A program made the position numbers and the translations under genes. A stretch of 63,469 bases of DNA, filler included, from Vannella sp. (taxonomy: Eukaryota): the NCBI GenBank assembly GCA_023345925.1. It is 8 parts of 8 records of this genome, joined end to end, with 100 filler letters (N's around TTAATTAATTAA, not from the genome) between each part and the next. Parts side by side here need not be neighbours in the genome. Positions count along the whole stretch, not along the records: positions 11,427 to 20,230 come from JAJQQN010001230.1; positions 20,331 to 26,690 come from JAJQQN010000396.1; 6 more parts are not named here. One strand, given 5' to 3'. Below are positions 13,394-25,906 of this stretch, in pieces. The first letter of the stretch is position 1. Each line of letters starts with the position of its first letter. Under the pieces are notes generated by a model. That model had not been told where the DNA came from. It was given only the letters and a program-made list of their open reading frames with translations, and searched no databases.

Positions 13394-14621
13394 ATGTCCC
13401 ACACGGCATTTTATGAGGTTAGGACGTGTAGAAGGGTGAGTGGAGCTATGCTGATGAATGTGTGATGGTCTAGTTCCTTGGTGTGAGCGTGGGGGCGAGT
13501 GGAGAGGAGATTAAGAAAGCTTATCGATCGTTATCGAGGAAGTACCACCCTGACAAGAACCCTAACAAGCCTGAGGCAGTAGAGCAGTTCCAGAAACTGA
13601 CTTTCATCAACAGTGTGCTCTCTGATCCCTCCAAACGAGCGCACTACGATCGCTTTGGTCTCGAGGATTTAGACGAGGTTGATGACGGCGGAGAGGATGG
13701 CGCTGAGGTTGGCTCTGATGAAGAAGGAGAAGAGCTGGATGCGGAATCGTTCCGAGATCTCCTCAACAAGTTCCGTGAGCGAGGAGGAGCCGCCAATCCG
13801 TCGCGTTCGTCATCTTTCTTTGATCTCTTGGAGGTGAATACTGACAGAGTGGGCCAGATATCCCCAACTTTGAAGAGCTCATCAAACAGCAGCAGTACTC
13901 TGTTTCTCATCCTGCCCCGTGGACTGCTGAGGTTGTCAGACTGGAATGGGCTGCGGCTAAAGAAGCGGGTCTCTCGAAGATCAACTGGGATCGTATGCAT
14001 ATCAGCAGTCTTCCTGATGACTTGTTTGAAGATGATGCGTTCACACGTGGTATCAAGTGCCTGTGCTTGAGTAATAGCCTTCTCACCACATTGCCGGACT
14101 CTTTTGCACATCTGACAGGACTGGAAGAGCTCGAGCTGTCTTCGAACAAGTTTGAATCCTTTCCAGATGTGCTTTTGAAGCTCAAGAACCTCCGTGTCCT
14201 CCAAATGGAGCGGAATAGCGTCCAATCCCTGCCGCACAACTTTTTCGAACTTCAGCGACTCGAAACGGCATCCTTCTTTGGCAACCAATTGGATTCAGCT
14301 GATGAGAAGTGCTTTGAGGGAATGAAGCACTTGCGACAGGTTGACTTGGAGTGCAACCACCTCCGCGAGATTCCGCAATCGCTGTTGGACTTGCAAAGTT
14401 CGACCGAGAACTTCATCTTGAAGTCTGATGACTTGCAATTCATCGCTTCTCTTCCCAGTTTGAAGAAGAACGCACCTAAGAAGAAGCCAGCAGCTGCTCC
14501 CAAGGCGAAGAAAGCTGCTCCCAAGTCCAACAAGAAGGCTCCAACGTCACGGAAACGCTCTCGCCAAGCTTCTCCTTCTCCCAGCGCCCCTCCTGCGGCC
14601 AAGAGACCTCGCAGAAAGTAA
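13394..14621 (+). CDS. J-domain (DnaJ) plus leucine-rich-repeat protein with a basic C-terminal tail
   Basis: [18 protein letters not shown] (HPD motif); LRRs [34 protein letters not shown]-terminal AKRPRRK. First exon MSHTAFYE is inferred. Confidence 0.85.
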
Positions 14622-14677
14622 ACATACTTGGAGTATCCCTTCTAGTGTTGGTAACAAGGCCATTGTCCGCCGTTCTT

Positions 14678-15351
14678 ATGGAGAAGGAGGTGCTGCCTCT
14701 CACTCTGTGCGCTTTGGCGTGCGCAGCGACAGGCTTCTTGTACTGGAAGCAACGGCAACAAGTAGCTCCTAGTCTAACTGAGCTTGTGCATGTCATCAAG
14801 CCCTTGCAGCGGCTTTCACAGGGAAAGGAGAAGAGTTTCTCCATCTTCACTGCGGGTTCGATCGAGATGGGCAAGGTAGGTGGTTCTCTGACACGCATAA
14901 CCCCTTGGTGCTTATCTTATGCCTATCACAGGCAGTGGACTGGCAGGCCGAGTTCACAAAGCTAATTGAGGAGCGCCAAAGGCTTCGACTGCAAGAACAG
15001 CTGCCAGTGGTCCCTATTGAGGTACTCAATCCACGTAGAGACGACTGGAGTGTAGAGTGGAATGCAAAGAAGTACCACCCGCTGCTGATGGAGCAGATTG
15101 ACTGGGAGTTGGACCATTTGGAGGCTTCCAGCTTGATTGTCTTCTGCTTTGATGCCAATACGATGTCTCCCATCTCTCTGCTTGAACTAGGTCTCTTTGC
15201 ACGCTCCAACAAAGTAGTTGTCTGGTGCCCTGACGAGTTCTTCCGGGTCGAGAACGTTGTCCGAGTGTGTCAACGCTACGGCGCCCCGCTCGTCCATTCC
15301 TTGGCGGAGCTCTCAGACCTGGCCATAGAGAGACTCTATGCAGATAGCTGA
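14678..15351 (+). CDS. Nucleoside 2-deoxyribosyltransferase-like protein (Nuc_deoxyri_tr2-type) with N-terminal hydrophobic segment
   Basis: IFTAGSIEMGK-AVDWQ, NPRRDDW, QIDWELDHLE, SPISLLELGL and CPDEFFR, with one intron at about 14876-14931. Confidence 0.82.
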
Positions 15352-15481
15352 AGCTTCCCTAAATGACACTCCATCGACCTCCCAGCATGTTACAGGCTCG
15401 ACCAGCCCAGCCAATGGGGGGGAAGCAACACGGGCTCTGATTGGTGGAGCCACCAGTTTCTCTTGGGACCTCGAGGGAGAC

Positions 15482-16685
15482 ATGTGTAGCCGCGATGAGT
15501 TTGTTGCTGTCTTCGACAAGATCTTGGACGCTGAGATTGATGACATTCGCAAGAACTACGAGTTGCCTGAGCTTGCTGCCAACTGGGTGAAGGAGGTGGG
15601 CTTAATCATGGAGGAGGTGTCGTGTTGCTCATTTTGTCGACTCAGCTTCACTTGCACGCCATTCCTGGTGGAAAGATGAACCGAGGACTGACTGTTGTTG
15701 CTTCTCTGCGGGCTATCTTGGACCGCGATCTTACTGAAGAGGAGCTGTTCCGTTCGTCAGTGCTGGGATGGTGCATTGAGTGGGTAAGGATCTATCCTGA
15801 CCACCCAGCCCAAAACTAACCCACCCACCAGCTCCAAGGCTTCTTCCTGGTGGCGGATGACATCATGGACAACAGTGTCACCCGCCGCGGTCTCCCCTGC
15901 TGGTACCGCAAGGAGAAGGTGGGTTAATTCACTGCAAAGCATCTCCATCTCACACTGGGTAGCCCCTGGCAGGAGCCAACGGTGAGCAGGTGGGAGTGAT
16001 TGCTTGCAACGACTCTTTGATCGTCGAGATCGTTATGTATCGCATCCTGAAGCGCTACTTCCGCCCTACAAGCTACTACATCGATGTGGTTGAGCTGTTC
16101 CAAGAGGTGTCCTTCCAAACAGAGATGGGCCAGCTGCTGGATCTTACTTCTCAGCCAAACACGAAAGTGAACAACCTGGACCTCTTCACGCTCGACCTGT
16201 ACCGGAAGATCGTCGAGTTCAAGACAGCGTACTACTCCTTCTACCTTCCTGTAGCCCTGGCAATGCACATGGGCGGCATTGCGACGGAGAGCAACTTGGC
16301 AGCCGCCAAGAAGATCCTCTTGCAGATGGGAGAGTACTTCCAGATCCAAGACGACTACCTTGACTGCTATGGAGACCCTGCAGTGATTGGCAAGGTGGGA
16401 CGAGACATTGAGGAGAACAAGTGTGGCTGGCTGGTGGTCCAGGCCCTTCAACGCTGCACCCCTGAGCAGCGGGAGGTGCTTGCAGTGCACTACGGCAAAG
16501 AGGAGCCCGAATCAGTGCAGAAAGTGAAAGCACTGTACAAGGACCTCGATATTGAGAAGGTCTTCAAGGACTATGAGCAACAGTCTTATGAGGAACTTAC
16601 TGCCCTGATCTCTAACACTGCCAGCTCCGTTCCAGCTGCCTGTTTCACGGATTTGCTCGCCAAAATCTACAAGCGGAAGGTCTGA
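15482..16685 (+). CDS. FDPS: Farnesyl diphosphate synthase
   Basis: [17 protein letters not shown] (FARM), [22 protein letters not shown] (SARM) and the C-terminal KIYKRK; three introns. Confidence 0.95.
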
Positions 16686-16726
16686 GACACTTCTGATTGG
16701 CGTCTGAGTGCGTTAAAGATCGTATT

Positions 16727-19700
16727 TTACTGGATGAGAGTTGATTTCGCTGCGTCAATCTCCAAGTGAATGGCTTCCATGTCTTCTTGTTTGAGATACA
16801 CTGAACGACTCTTTCGGATGGGAGCTCCAGTTTCGGCTGCGTTTTCTGGCACACTCGAGCGACGATTTGACTTGCTTTGAGACAAAGCTCCCACTGATCT
16901 TGTCGCTATTATCTGAGATAGTCTGGTGTGGCGGCGGAGCAAAGCTGGAGAGGGTGCTGCTTGCTCACCAACAATGGCAGAAAGGGTTCGTCGGTGGGAA
17001 CCGGGCCGGCCGAGAATCTCTTCCACAGCGGTGGGCAGTGTCTGACCTTTGTCAACTAGACGCATTACTTTCTCTTTGCTTTGAATCTGTGCTTGGACGG
17101 ACCGCAAGGTAGCTTCGAGGGACTTAATATGGCGGGACAGCCGTTGACTCTCGGTAAGTGTTGGCCTGCTTGTCAGAGATAGAACATCAGTCCCTCCTGG
17201 GGCAGTTCCAATGCGAGGTAAAGAGCAAATTGTGTTCCCTTCGTACCAGCGAAGGTAGAAGCTGTTCCACAAGCGGAGGACTCTGGGATTACAGGAAGTC
17301 ATTATACATTCACAGGAGGCGACATAATGAGGGTTACGGAACACAAAGTTATCCTTGACGTCGGCCCAGAGAGATTCAGTGTTCATTCTGGCCAAGTAGT
17401 TCATGCGAATCTGGTCGTTGTCAAAAAGGAAAGTTCCAAAGCGCCCTCCCAAGCTCTCCTCTGCTATAGCCACCAAAAGATCGCTGTTGAATTCAAAGTA
17501 GTTTGAGAATTGGTGCAGAGTTTGCCATACAGCGTCCAGCCACTGCAAGAATACAGGGATGATCTCACCATCCTCCACCAAGTAACAATTACGTTGGGTG
17601 AAAGGGTGCCCAAGGGAGAGCCATTCCTTCTCGATGAGGACGCAGAACCCTTCTACCGTCCTGTAATAAGGATCCATCCACAGCTGTGCAAGTGAGCTGA
17701 TCTGGCAGCCTCTATCCCAACCATCCCCAGGACATGTTAAGAACACAGAGCAACCAGACTCCATCAACTCCACAATACGGCGAGAGGATCTCATCAATGT
17801 TGTAAGCTGTTCCAACCAGAGGGTACCTTCCAGTCCGAGGGTCCATTGTTCCTCAGTTAAGGTCGAGTTTGACGTGCAAAGCTTGTGAAGTTTTTTGTAG
17901 CTCTCCTTAAGCTCAGGCAGTCCTTCAATATAAAGAGATTCTGCTCCCACAGCGATGCCTGCGGTAAGTTCTTCAAAGTCACTCAAATCTCGAGCCTTGT
18001 TCGCTTCGTTTGATTGGAAAAGATCAATAAAGTGGAATTGAGTGTGAGTGAATCCCTCTCGCAGGCTGTCTGATGCAACAATGCCAACGTTTACCTTCTC
18101 TGGGCGCTTGGTCATACCTCGGAAAAGTTTCATCTTCCCTGACTTGGCAGCAGAGTCCGGTTTGTCTGTTTTACGAGTGAAGGTGGAGACAGATTGTTGT
18201 GTTGTGTGGTTATCGCCAGAGCGTTCCGCAGTGGTTTTAATGATTGCTGCAAGGACTTTGTCGTCTTCCTTTCCCAGAGTGCCCTTGGAATCTGTCAGAG
18301 GGGAAGATCCGTGGCACAGTGCACTTCCATTCCGGTGGAGCCAAGTCAAGATAGGCACTCGGCCATCTCTGCGGTATCGGCATGACATGAGTAATTCAGC
18401 ATCACTCACATTGAGTGGGACAGCCAGAAGGCGAGGGTAAGATTCACTCAGTTGGTAACGGTTGTTCAAATCGGAGATACGCCACTGTGTCATATCCATT
18501 CCCATCCGCTCAAACTCCTTCTCGACATGGTAAAGGCGCCACCCATTGCGCATCAGCGAAAATGAAGAGGACTGAACCGGCACCAGGTCACGAACCAACG
18601 CTTTGCAGTAGGCGTCGGCAAAGACTGCATGATAGGTATTGGGCCTAACTGAATGGAACATCTCCAGGAACGCTTTTTGGTCCCCTTTCTCCGAGAAGGC
18701 CAGCCGAAGTACCCTCATATCCTTACAGATGATCTCCATATCCTTCTCTTTCCGTTTTGTTGTCTTAGAAACGCACGTGAGTGGCACACAAACTTGCGTT
18801 CCAAGCGAATGCTGTCAAGAATCGAAATGTCAGCTGGGAATCTCCCAAATCTTTGAGAGAGCCGCGCTTACAAAATAGATCGCATAGTTGCTGATGAGAA
18901 CAACCCCTCTTGTATAATCTGGCACAGCAAGTTGGTGGTGGAGGTAGCTAGCCCCGCGAAGCCTCAAATAGAACTTCAATAGTGTGAGCAGAGACTCCAA
19001 TGCCCTCAAGCAGTACGCACAATCTCTCCTTTCTGTGTAGCTGGAGGAGGAAGGTCCTGGTCTTCTTCAAGCTCTGCTTTAGGAACCTCTTGGATCATCA
19101 TTTGCGGGTTCTGGAGAACCTGATTGGCAAATTTGGCATTCAGATACCTTCCAGTCCATCAGTCAAAGCTTCTATGTTATCGCGAAGTCTACGTACGGTT
19201 TGACGATCACTCTGAGGTCCACCGCACGCTTCTGGTTCATGGTTGGATTGAAGACCATGTCGATGATCTGTTTCGCTGTAAGAACCCTTCCCTTAGCCGT
19301 TGAATGGTACCCACTTCGAAAGAAACATCTCTAAGCTGCTCCATCTGATGATAAGAGAGGGAGAAGCGCAACTTCCACTCGAGTAAGAAGTTGTTCTGAA
19401 TGCAAACCTCTTTCTTGATGTGCATCACCCTCAGAGAGTCACTCTCTAGTACAATGAAGATGCGCCACGTTCCAGCCACGTCTTTCGTCGTGTTCTCGAC
19501 GCCCATTGCCATCTTCAGCTCGATCAAACTGGGAGCAATGGCCGCCTGGAGCAGTTTAGAGAGACAGAAGGGAAGGAGGAGAGTTCACACACCTGGTTGA
19601 CGCACTTGAGTACACGGACAACCTTGCTGTCCCCTCCGAAGTGCTTGGCGAGGAAGGGGTTCATCACCTCGGGAAGGAGGAAGTCGTGTTCCTCCAACAT

Positions 19701-19994
19701 CTTCAGAAGCGCCTCGTCGGCCTCCAAGCACTTGGCAGAACCCTCGAGGGCCAAACAGAGTGTAAGAAGAACACGGCGGACCTGGTAGAAGATGCGGAAC
19801 TCCGGCCCCTTCTCCTCCACATAGCGGTCGATATCCAACTTCCGCGATTCAGTGTAGGAGAGGAGCGCACCGTCCTCATCACAGATGCTAATGAACTTAG
19901 CCAGACGGGGTAAATCCTTGGCTAGAGGAAGGTCCAGAAAGTCCCTCGTGTAAACGTTCCGGATCTTCGCCAGATTGGCGTCATTCAGAACCAT
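16727..19994 (-). CDS. Myotubularin-related phosphoinositide phosphatase-family protein with an extra N-terminal domain and a coiled-coil tail
   Basis: WRISDLNNRYQLSESYP, DGWDR, MDPYYRTVEGFCVLIEKEWLSLGHPF, FLQWLDAVWQ and FGTFLFD. Upstream exons (19237-19994) are on the same strand and appear to splice in. Confidence 0.88.
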
Positions 19995-20330
19995 CGCCCA
20001 AACAAATGGCAATTCACTGCAACTCCCTCCTCCATGCACATGAATTCTACCAAATACTACGAGATAAGTTAGAGAAGCTAACGGCAACCTTTCCTGGTGG
20101 ACTCTCAAAATGGCGGGAAATGGCGCCCCTCTCAATGAGGATCCACTTTTGACCATCAAGCCGTCAAAAAATAAAAGGTGAAATCATATTAAAATCACTT
20201 TTCTACATTCCTGGTCGAATTTGGACCATTNNNNNNNNNNNNNNNNNNNNNNNNNNNNNNNNNNNNNNNNNNNNTTAATTAATTAANNNNNNNNNNNNNN
20301 NNNNNNNNNNNNNNNNNNNNNNNNNNNNNN

Positions 20331-21892
20331 TACAATGACCTCAGCATTGCTAACTGAGCCAACTCCATGGGAATCGGTCCCGACACTCCTTTTGCAGTGA
20401 CATTCCTATCATCAATGAGACCTCAGCTGTTCCTTAGTATAGTACTTACAGTTCAATCACACGCTTATCTGCTGGATTGGTGTTATCGCAAACAATGCTG
20501 GAATAGAATGTGGGCTCGTTGCAAGGGTCTTTGGTCAGATTCCACCCCAATGCAGGCCAGGCCAACATTGTCGCATTCAAAGAGTATCCTACAACAGTCA
20601 GCTCTATTCCATTGATAGCAAAAGTCGCTCACGGTCCCCAGAATTCGTTTTCTCTGGCACTGTGGGGGATGAGAAAGCGAATCATTCGGATTCTTTGAGA
20701 CTTACAGCAGGGATTGCAAAAGTTCGGTGCACACCAGGTGGGATTAGGACACGTCCATCCATTCTCTCTGAGATCAGCAGCAAAAGTAGGTGCGTTAGAG
20801 AAAAAGGTGTCTCGCAGGAATCCAAACATTCTGTTTCCTCTAACAGAGCTAACACGGAAGATAAGAACCGATATCGGTATCTGTGGCACGAAAGAGCTTA
20901 CAACGCATTCAATTGGGCGAAGCTAACGAAATTGGGAAGGAGCCCAGTCAGATTATTGAAAGAAAGGTCTCTGCTTTGGGGTGAGAATGAATCTCAACCA
21001 CTTTGAAGGTTTCGTACATAAACTGAGCACCAGGCACGGTGGAGATGTTCACCAAGGTTCCAGTGAAGCTGTTGTTCTGCATAAAGCTTGAATTGGGTTA
21101 GTTGGTGCAAACTTCAGAGTGCAGAGTAATCTACATTGCCTGGATGCTCGGGGGCAACAGCGGAATACTCCCTCGCAACTGGTTTTGGTTCACTTGGCTT
21201 AGTTCTGGTTAGATGCATTGTCCTTCTGGAAGGAATGGGAAGCATTCATCGCCACTCACATCGTCACCAAATTGGAAAGGACTGATAAGTCACTTGGCAG
21301 GCTCGTCAGGGAGTTCTTGCTGAGATCTCTGCAAGTCGTTAGGAGAATCTGATTCGTTGGCTCATCCTTACAGGACATTCAGGTTCGTCAGCAACCGGAT
21401 ATTCGTTGTTACCGGACCGGTCAAACTGGTGTTGACCAGGGCACTAGGGCGGGTGAGAATGGGAAAGACTTGTGGTAAGGAGTCGTACAGGTCCGTTAAG
21501 AAAGATAGCAAAGCTATGGTTGCAGGTACAGCCGAAGGAGTCAGTGCCACATTCGAGATTGAAGTAAGAAAGGTTAAGGGAATAAGGGATGCAGTAGCTG
21601 AGAGAAGGGGAGTAGAGGATATAGTCCAGTGACTCGTTTGGGAGTTACGGAAGAGCAAGTGATTCCAGGGAACTGAGCAGGGTTGTCACAAGGATCGACG
21701 GTACCAGGTAGAGGCCACCCCAAGACAGTTCCCAAGCTCCAGTAGGTCCGCAAAGCATTGACCCCACTCACTGAAACACAGTCAGAAGAGATTAGAACGT
21801 GCCAAGGACCTCTCACCATCAGTAGGGTCGGTCACAGCTTGGACATCCACAAGCAAGAAGGAGAACAAAGTCAACCAGACAGCCACTCTCAT
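20331..21892 (-). CDS. Secreted or receptor-like LRR protein, truncated by the gap
   Basis: Signal peptide MRVAVWLTLFSFLLVDVQA, Cys cap (DPCDNPAQFPGITC), plant-type LRRs (DLSKNSLTSLPSDL, LSFNNLTGLLPNF, LELNALSSFVP), then CPNPTWCAPNFCNPCC; many short introns. Confidence 0.75.
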
Positions 21893-22126
21893 AGCTCCTC
21901 GACAGTTTGTCATTCGAACGCGATATCAGTCCAACGGCCGAGTTCCCCTGATCTGCATTGGCCTTAAAAGGAAAGGCCAATAAAATGGGACTTTCTGATT
22001 CGCTGGGCTGGCGGTTGCAACTCCTTCACCAACGGTCGGAATTGCGCTTTGGCGCTTCTTAGAGTGATGACAATGAGGCTCAGCAGCTACTGGGAGTGAA
22101 GAAGAACACTTTCAGTGTTTGGGTGG

Positions 22127-22987
22127 ATGAGTGGCGGGGATGGACAGCGCATGATTGCCGCTGCGGTAGGGGCAGTTGTTGCGGAGATGTGTACGCTTCC
22201 TGTGGATCTCCTGAAGGTGAGAATGCAGCTCTACATCAGTCCAACTCGACAGATTCCTTCCATGCGAAGCACCCTGCGCCAAGTTTTGAAAGAAGAGGGC
22301 GTCCAGGCGCTCTGGAAAGGCGCTATTCCATCTCTCGTTCGACAAGTAGCTCTCTCTTCTTCATGTATGCTGTTATACGAGCCTCTACGCGACGCTTTCC
22401 GACCGGAAGGGACCTCCACTCCTCGTTTTCAAGACAAGCTGCTCGCAGGAGGCCTGTCTGGCGCACTTGGAAGCGCCTTACTCAATCCTATCGAAGTGGT
22501 GAAGGTTAGAATGCAAGCGGGGAGTGGACAACGCTACCCAACGATGAGAAGCGGATTACTCCAAGTATGGACGAAGGAAGGCATGGCGGGGCTGTATCGT
22601 GGTGCCTTACCCAATGTACAACGAGCTTTCATCGTCTGCGCGGCGGAACTCGGGACGTACGACCAAGTCAAGGAGCTCCTCGCCCCATTGCTCCCTTTTG
22701 GAAGCCCTCTCACGCATGCAGTGGCCAGCGTTGCTGCAGGAGGAATGGGAGCACTCTGTTCTAACCCAATCGACATCGTCAAGACGCGTCTGATGCAGGA
22801 AGGACCTTCCTCTTCCAACCCCTTCCTCGCGCAATGGAAGTGCGCCTCCAGCATCGTCCGCCATGAAGGAGCTATCTCCCTCTTCAATGGAGTGATGCCT
22901 ACATGGCTACGCAAAGGCCCGTGGTGCCTTCTCTTCTTCCTTGTCTACGAAAAGACGCTCATCGTCATGAGGAGGCCCTCCTCATGA
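22127..22987 (+). CDS. Mitochondrial carrier (SLC25), uncoupling protein/dicarboxylate-carrier-like
   Basis: Three Px[DE]xxKxR motifs: PVDLLKVRMQ, PIEVVKVRMQ and PIDIVKTRLM; also AELGTYDQVK. Confidence 0.93.
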   Translation: MSGGDGQRMIAAAVGAVVAEMCTLPVDLLKVRMQLYISPTRQIPSMRSTLRQVLKEEGVQALWKGAIPSLVRQVALSSSCMLLYEPLRDAFRPEGTSTPRFQDKLLAGGLSGALGSALLNPIEVVKVRMQAGSGQRYPTMRSGLLQVWTKEGMAGLYRGALPNVQRAFIVCAAELGTYDQVKELLAPLLPFGSPLTHAVASVAAGGMGALCSNPIDIVKTRLMQEGPSSSNPFLAQWKCASSIVRHEGAISLFNGVMPTWLRKGPWCLLFFLVYEKTLIVMRRPSS

Positions 22988-23077
22988 CCCAGCCTCATAA
23001 ACGATGGACTTACAACCACTTATTGAGCTTGCACCTTCACCAGAGGACCCAAAAGGCTTCATTTCGTCGTCCTCCGC

Positions 23078-25711
23078 ATGAGCGCGCCACCTTCTCGTAC
23101 GTCTGGAGGTGAAAGGAGGGTGTTTGGCGGTCACTAAGTGATGGGAACAGTTCCACCAAAGCCAAGAGAGGCAGAGTCAATGCCTAGCTTGCCGCCAAAG
23201 CCACAGATAGAGCCGTTTATGCCTTCGCTCCCCCCCAAACCAGGAACTGCTGTTGAAGAGGAGTCTGACGAGGAGGAGGAAGAGGAGAACGACAAAGTAG
23301 CTCCTCCTGAAGATCCTGAAGACCAGGAAGACTTGGAAGCGTATACAGAGCTGCCACCCGTCCCTGTAGTAGAGGAAGAGCCCAAACCAGTCGAGGTGAA
23401 GGAGACACCCGAACAACTCTTCCAAAAGCAGATGAAGAAGCGCCTGAACGTCGTCATGGAGCTCATATCCACAGAAGAGACGTACATGATCGCTTTGGAC
23501 ATCATAGTGGACAACTACTACGCCACTCTCATCGAAAAGGCGGAGACCGAAGAGCTTCCTGGCATTACCAAGGAGGACATCCGCTGCATCTTCTCTAACG
23601 TCTCTCATCTCATACCCATTCATCAAACACTAACAGAGTCCGTACGCCAGCGCGTGGACAACTGGTCAGACGAGCAAATGGTCGGCGACATTCTCCTGAA
23701 GATGGTGCGCCTTTTGCTCTTCCTGTGCGATCATAGCAGCTCCCTTACCACTCAATATCATCTAGGCGCCCTTCTTCCGTCTGTACAACAACTTCCAGAA
23801 CAACTACGAGAAAGCGCAAGCCGTTCTCACTCGATGTGAGGCAAACGAAACGTTCAGCCAGCTTTGTGAGGTGAGCCAGAGCTCTTTGAAGTACTCATTG
23901 CCCTTTCTAACGCATGAATGACGTTCAGAGCATCGAGAAAGTGGCCAAAAAGAAGGTCAAGAAGGAGAAGGACGCCACCAAGCTCGAGTCTTTGCTCATT
24001 CAAGTCATCCAGCGCATTCCCCGTCTCATCCTTTTGCTGAATGAGACGGCTAGTAAGACACCCGTTGGCCATCCTGACTTGGATTACCTCCGACAAGGTG
24101 CAGAAGCGTTGGACCGAGTGATGAACTACTTGAACGAAGATATCACTTCTTCAGAGTACCGAGAGAAGTTCTTGAACTTGCGTTCCAAGATTAAGGGTGC
24201 AGACAGCTTGATTGAGGCGCATCGTATCCTTATCGCCGAAACCACACTTTGCTTGAGAAGCAAGAACATTGCTGCCGTTCCTGGTACTGGGAATGGTATC
24301 AAAAGCAAGCTCAAGTCAGTTGCAAAGGACTCCAAACTCCAGATTTGGCTGTTCAATGATGTGATTGTCTCTTTGAAGAGTACAAAGAGTAAGAAGCGCA
24401 CCAACGTCTCCTCCACAAAGTACAATTGGCCTCTCCAGCTTGTGTGGCTTCGTGATATTGCCGAGCTCGATCCATCCGATCCCAAAATGCCTCACTCTTT
24501 TGTCCTTATCGGCCCTCGCAAATCCTACACGCTCCGTTTTGCTGACATGGCAAGCAAGATGACTTGGTTTAACAAGATCAAGGAGACAGTGGCCAAGACT
24601 CTGACCGAAGAGATTGCTCCAGATGATGCTTGCCGCTATGGTGTCTTCAGGTTTGATGAGAAGCACGGTCCAATGTATGAGGGCTGGTGGAATATGGGCC
24701 GTATTCATGGTCTTGGGACTTACAAAGTCTTCGGCAACACTTACGTTGGTGAATGGGAGTACAATCGCAAGCACGGCAATGGTACATTCCACAGTGTGAC
24801 CGGTGCTGAGTATCGAGGGCAATGGGAGGAAGATCGACCACGTAAGCGACAGGTTTCGTTGAATCATAACTAATATGCCTCAATTAGATGGTAATGGAGA
24901 GCTGACCTATCCGTGTGGTGATCGTTATGAAGGAGAATGGAAAGAAGGTTATCGTCACGGAAAGGGAAACCACTACTATGCCAATGGAGATTGTTATGTC
25001 GGTGAATGGATGAGTGACGTGCCCTCAGGCTCTGGTTCTTACAGCACCACAACCGGGATTGTCTTTGGAGGAAGCTGGCAAAACGGAAAGGCCCACGGAC
25101 ATGGTGTGCTCGTCACTCCCAATGGACGCCGTTATGAAGGAGAGTTCCATTTCGGAACAAAGACAGGAGAGGGAAAGCTGGACTACAACAACGGAGACTT
25201 TTACATCGGCCAATGGTTCCACGATATGCCACAAGGCTTTGGAGTGATGCATTGTGCTGTCGAAGGAGTCTACGAGGGTATGCATCTGGAAGGTCTCAGA
25301 GAAGGTTACGGGAAAATGCGATTCCTGAATGGAGACTATTACGAAGGTTTCTGGCGACGTGGCTTATACCATGAAAAGGGCAAGTTGGTGTGCGCTGTTG
25401 GAGCGATTGACAAGTACGAAGGCCAGTTTGAGAACGGCAAGTTCAACGGAAAAGGAACGCTCTGGTACAGAAACGGATCCAAGTATGAAGGACCATTCAA
25501 GGATGACAAGCCACATGGTAACGGCACATTCACTAGCGCCAATTCAGTGATCTTTGAAGGCAAGTGGGTCGATGGCCGCCGGGATGGAAAGGCCAATATT
25601 GTTGTCGGGCCCACCAGTTATGCTTCTACTTGTGCCAATGGAATGATGGGCAAGCGAGAAGCTTCGTTCTTGATTGTGCCAGATACTCCCACAGTCCACC
25701 TCGAGCTCTAA
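23078..25711 (+). CDS. RhoGEF (DH-PH) with C-terminal MORN repeats and a Pro-rich N-terminus
   Basis: ELISTEETY, IFSNV and LIQVIQRIPRLILLL (DH); WLFNDVIV (PH); many YxGxW MORN units; introns at about 23097, 23705, 23871 and 24842. Confidence 0.9.
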
Positions 25712-25906
25712 GCCACAGGAGTCCATCAGAGCTCCTCCCACGCGGAAACAAATAAAAACTCTTTGTTCATAATCACAATGTCTCAGTGTCCCAGTCTGGT
25801 CCCGTAATCGTTCGAAAAGTAGGAAATGAAGACTCTTTGGGGCAATCCTGTTTACTAACGTCTCTCTCGAGCTTTGAAGGGATGCGGGAATGCAAGAGCA
25901 GGAGCA

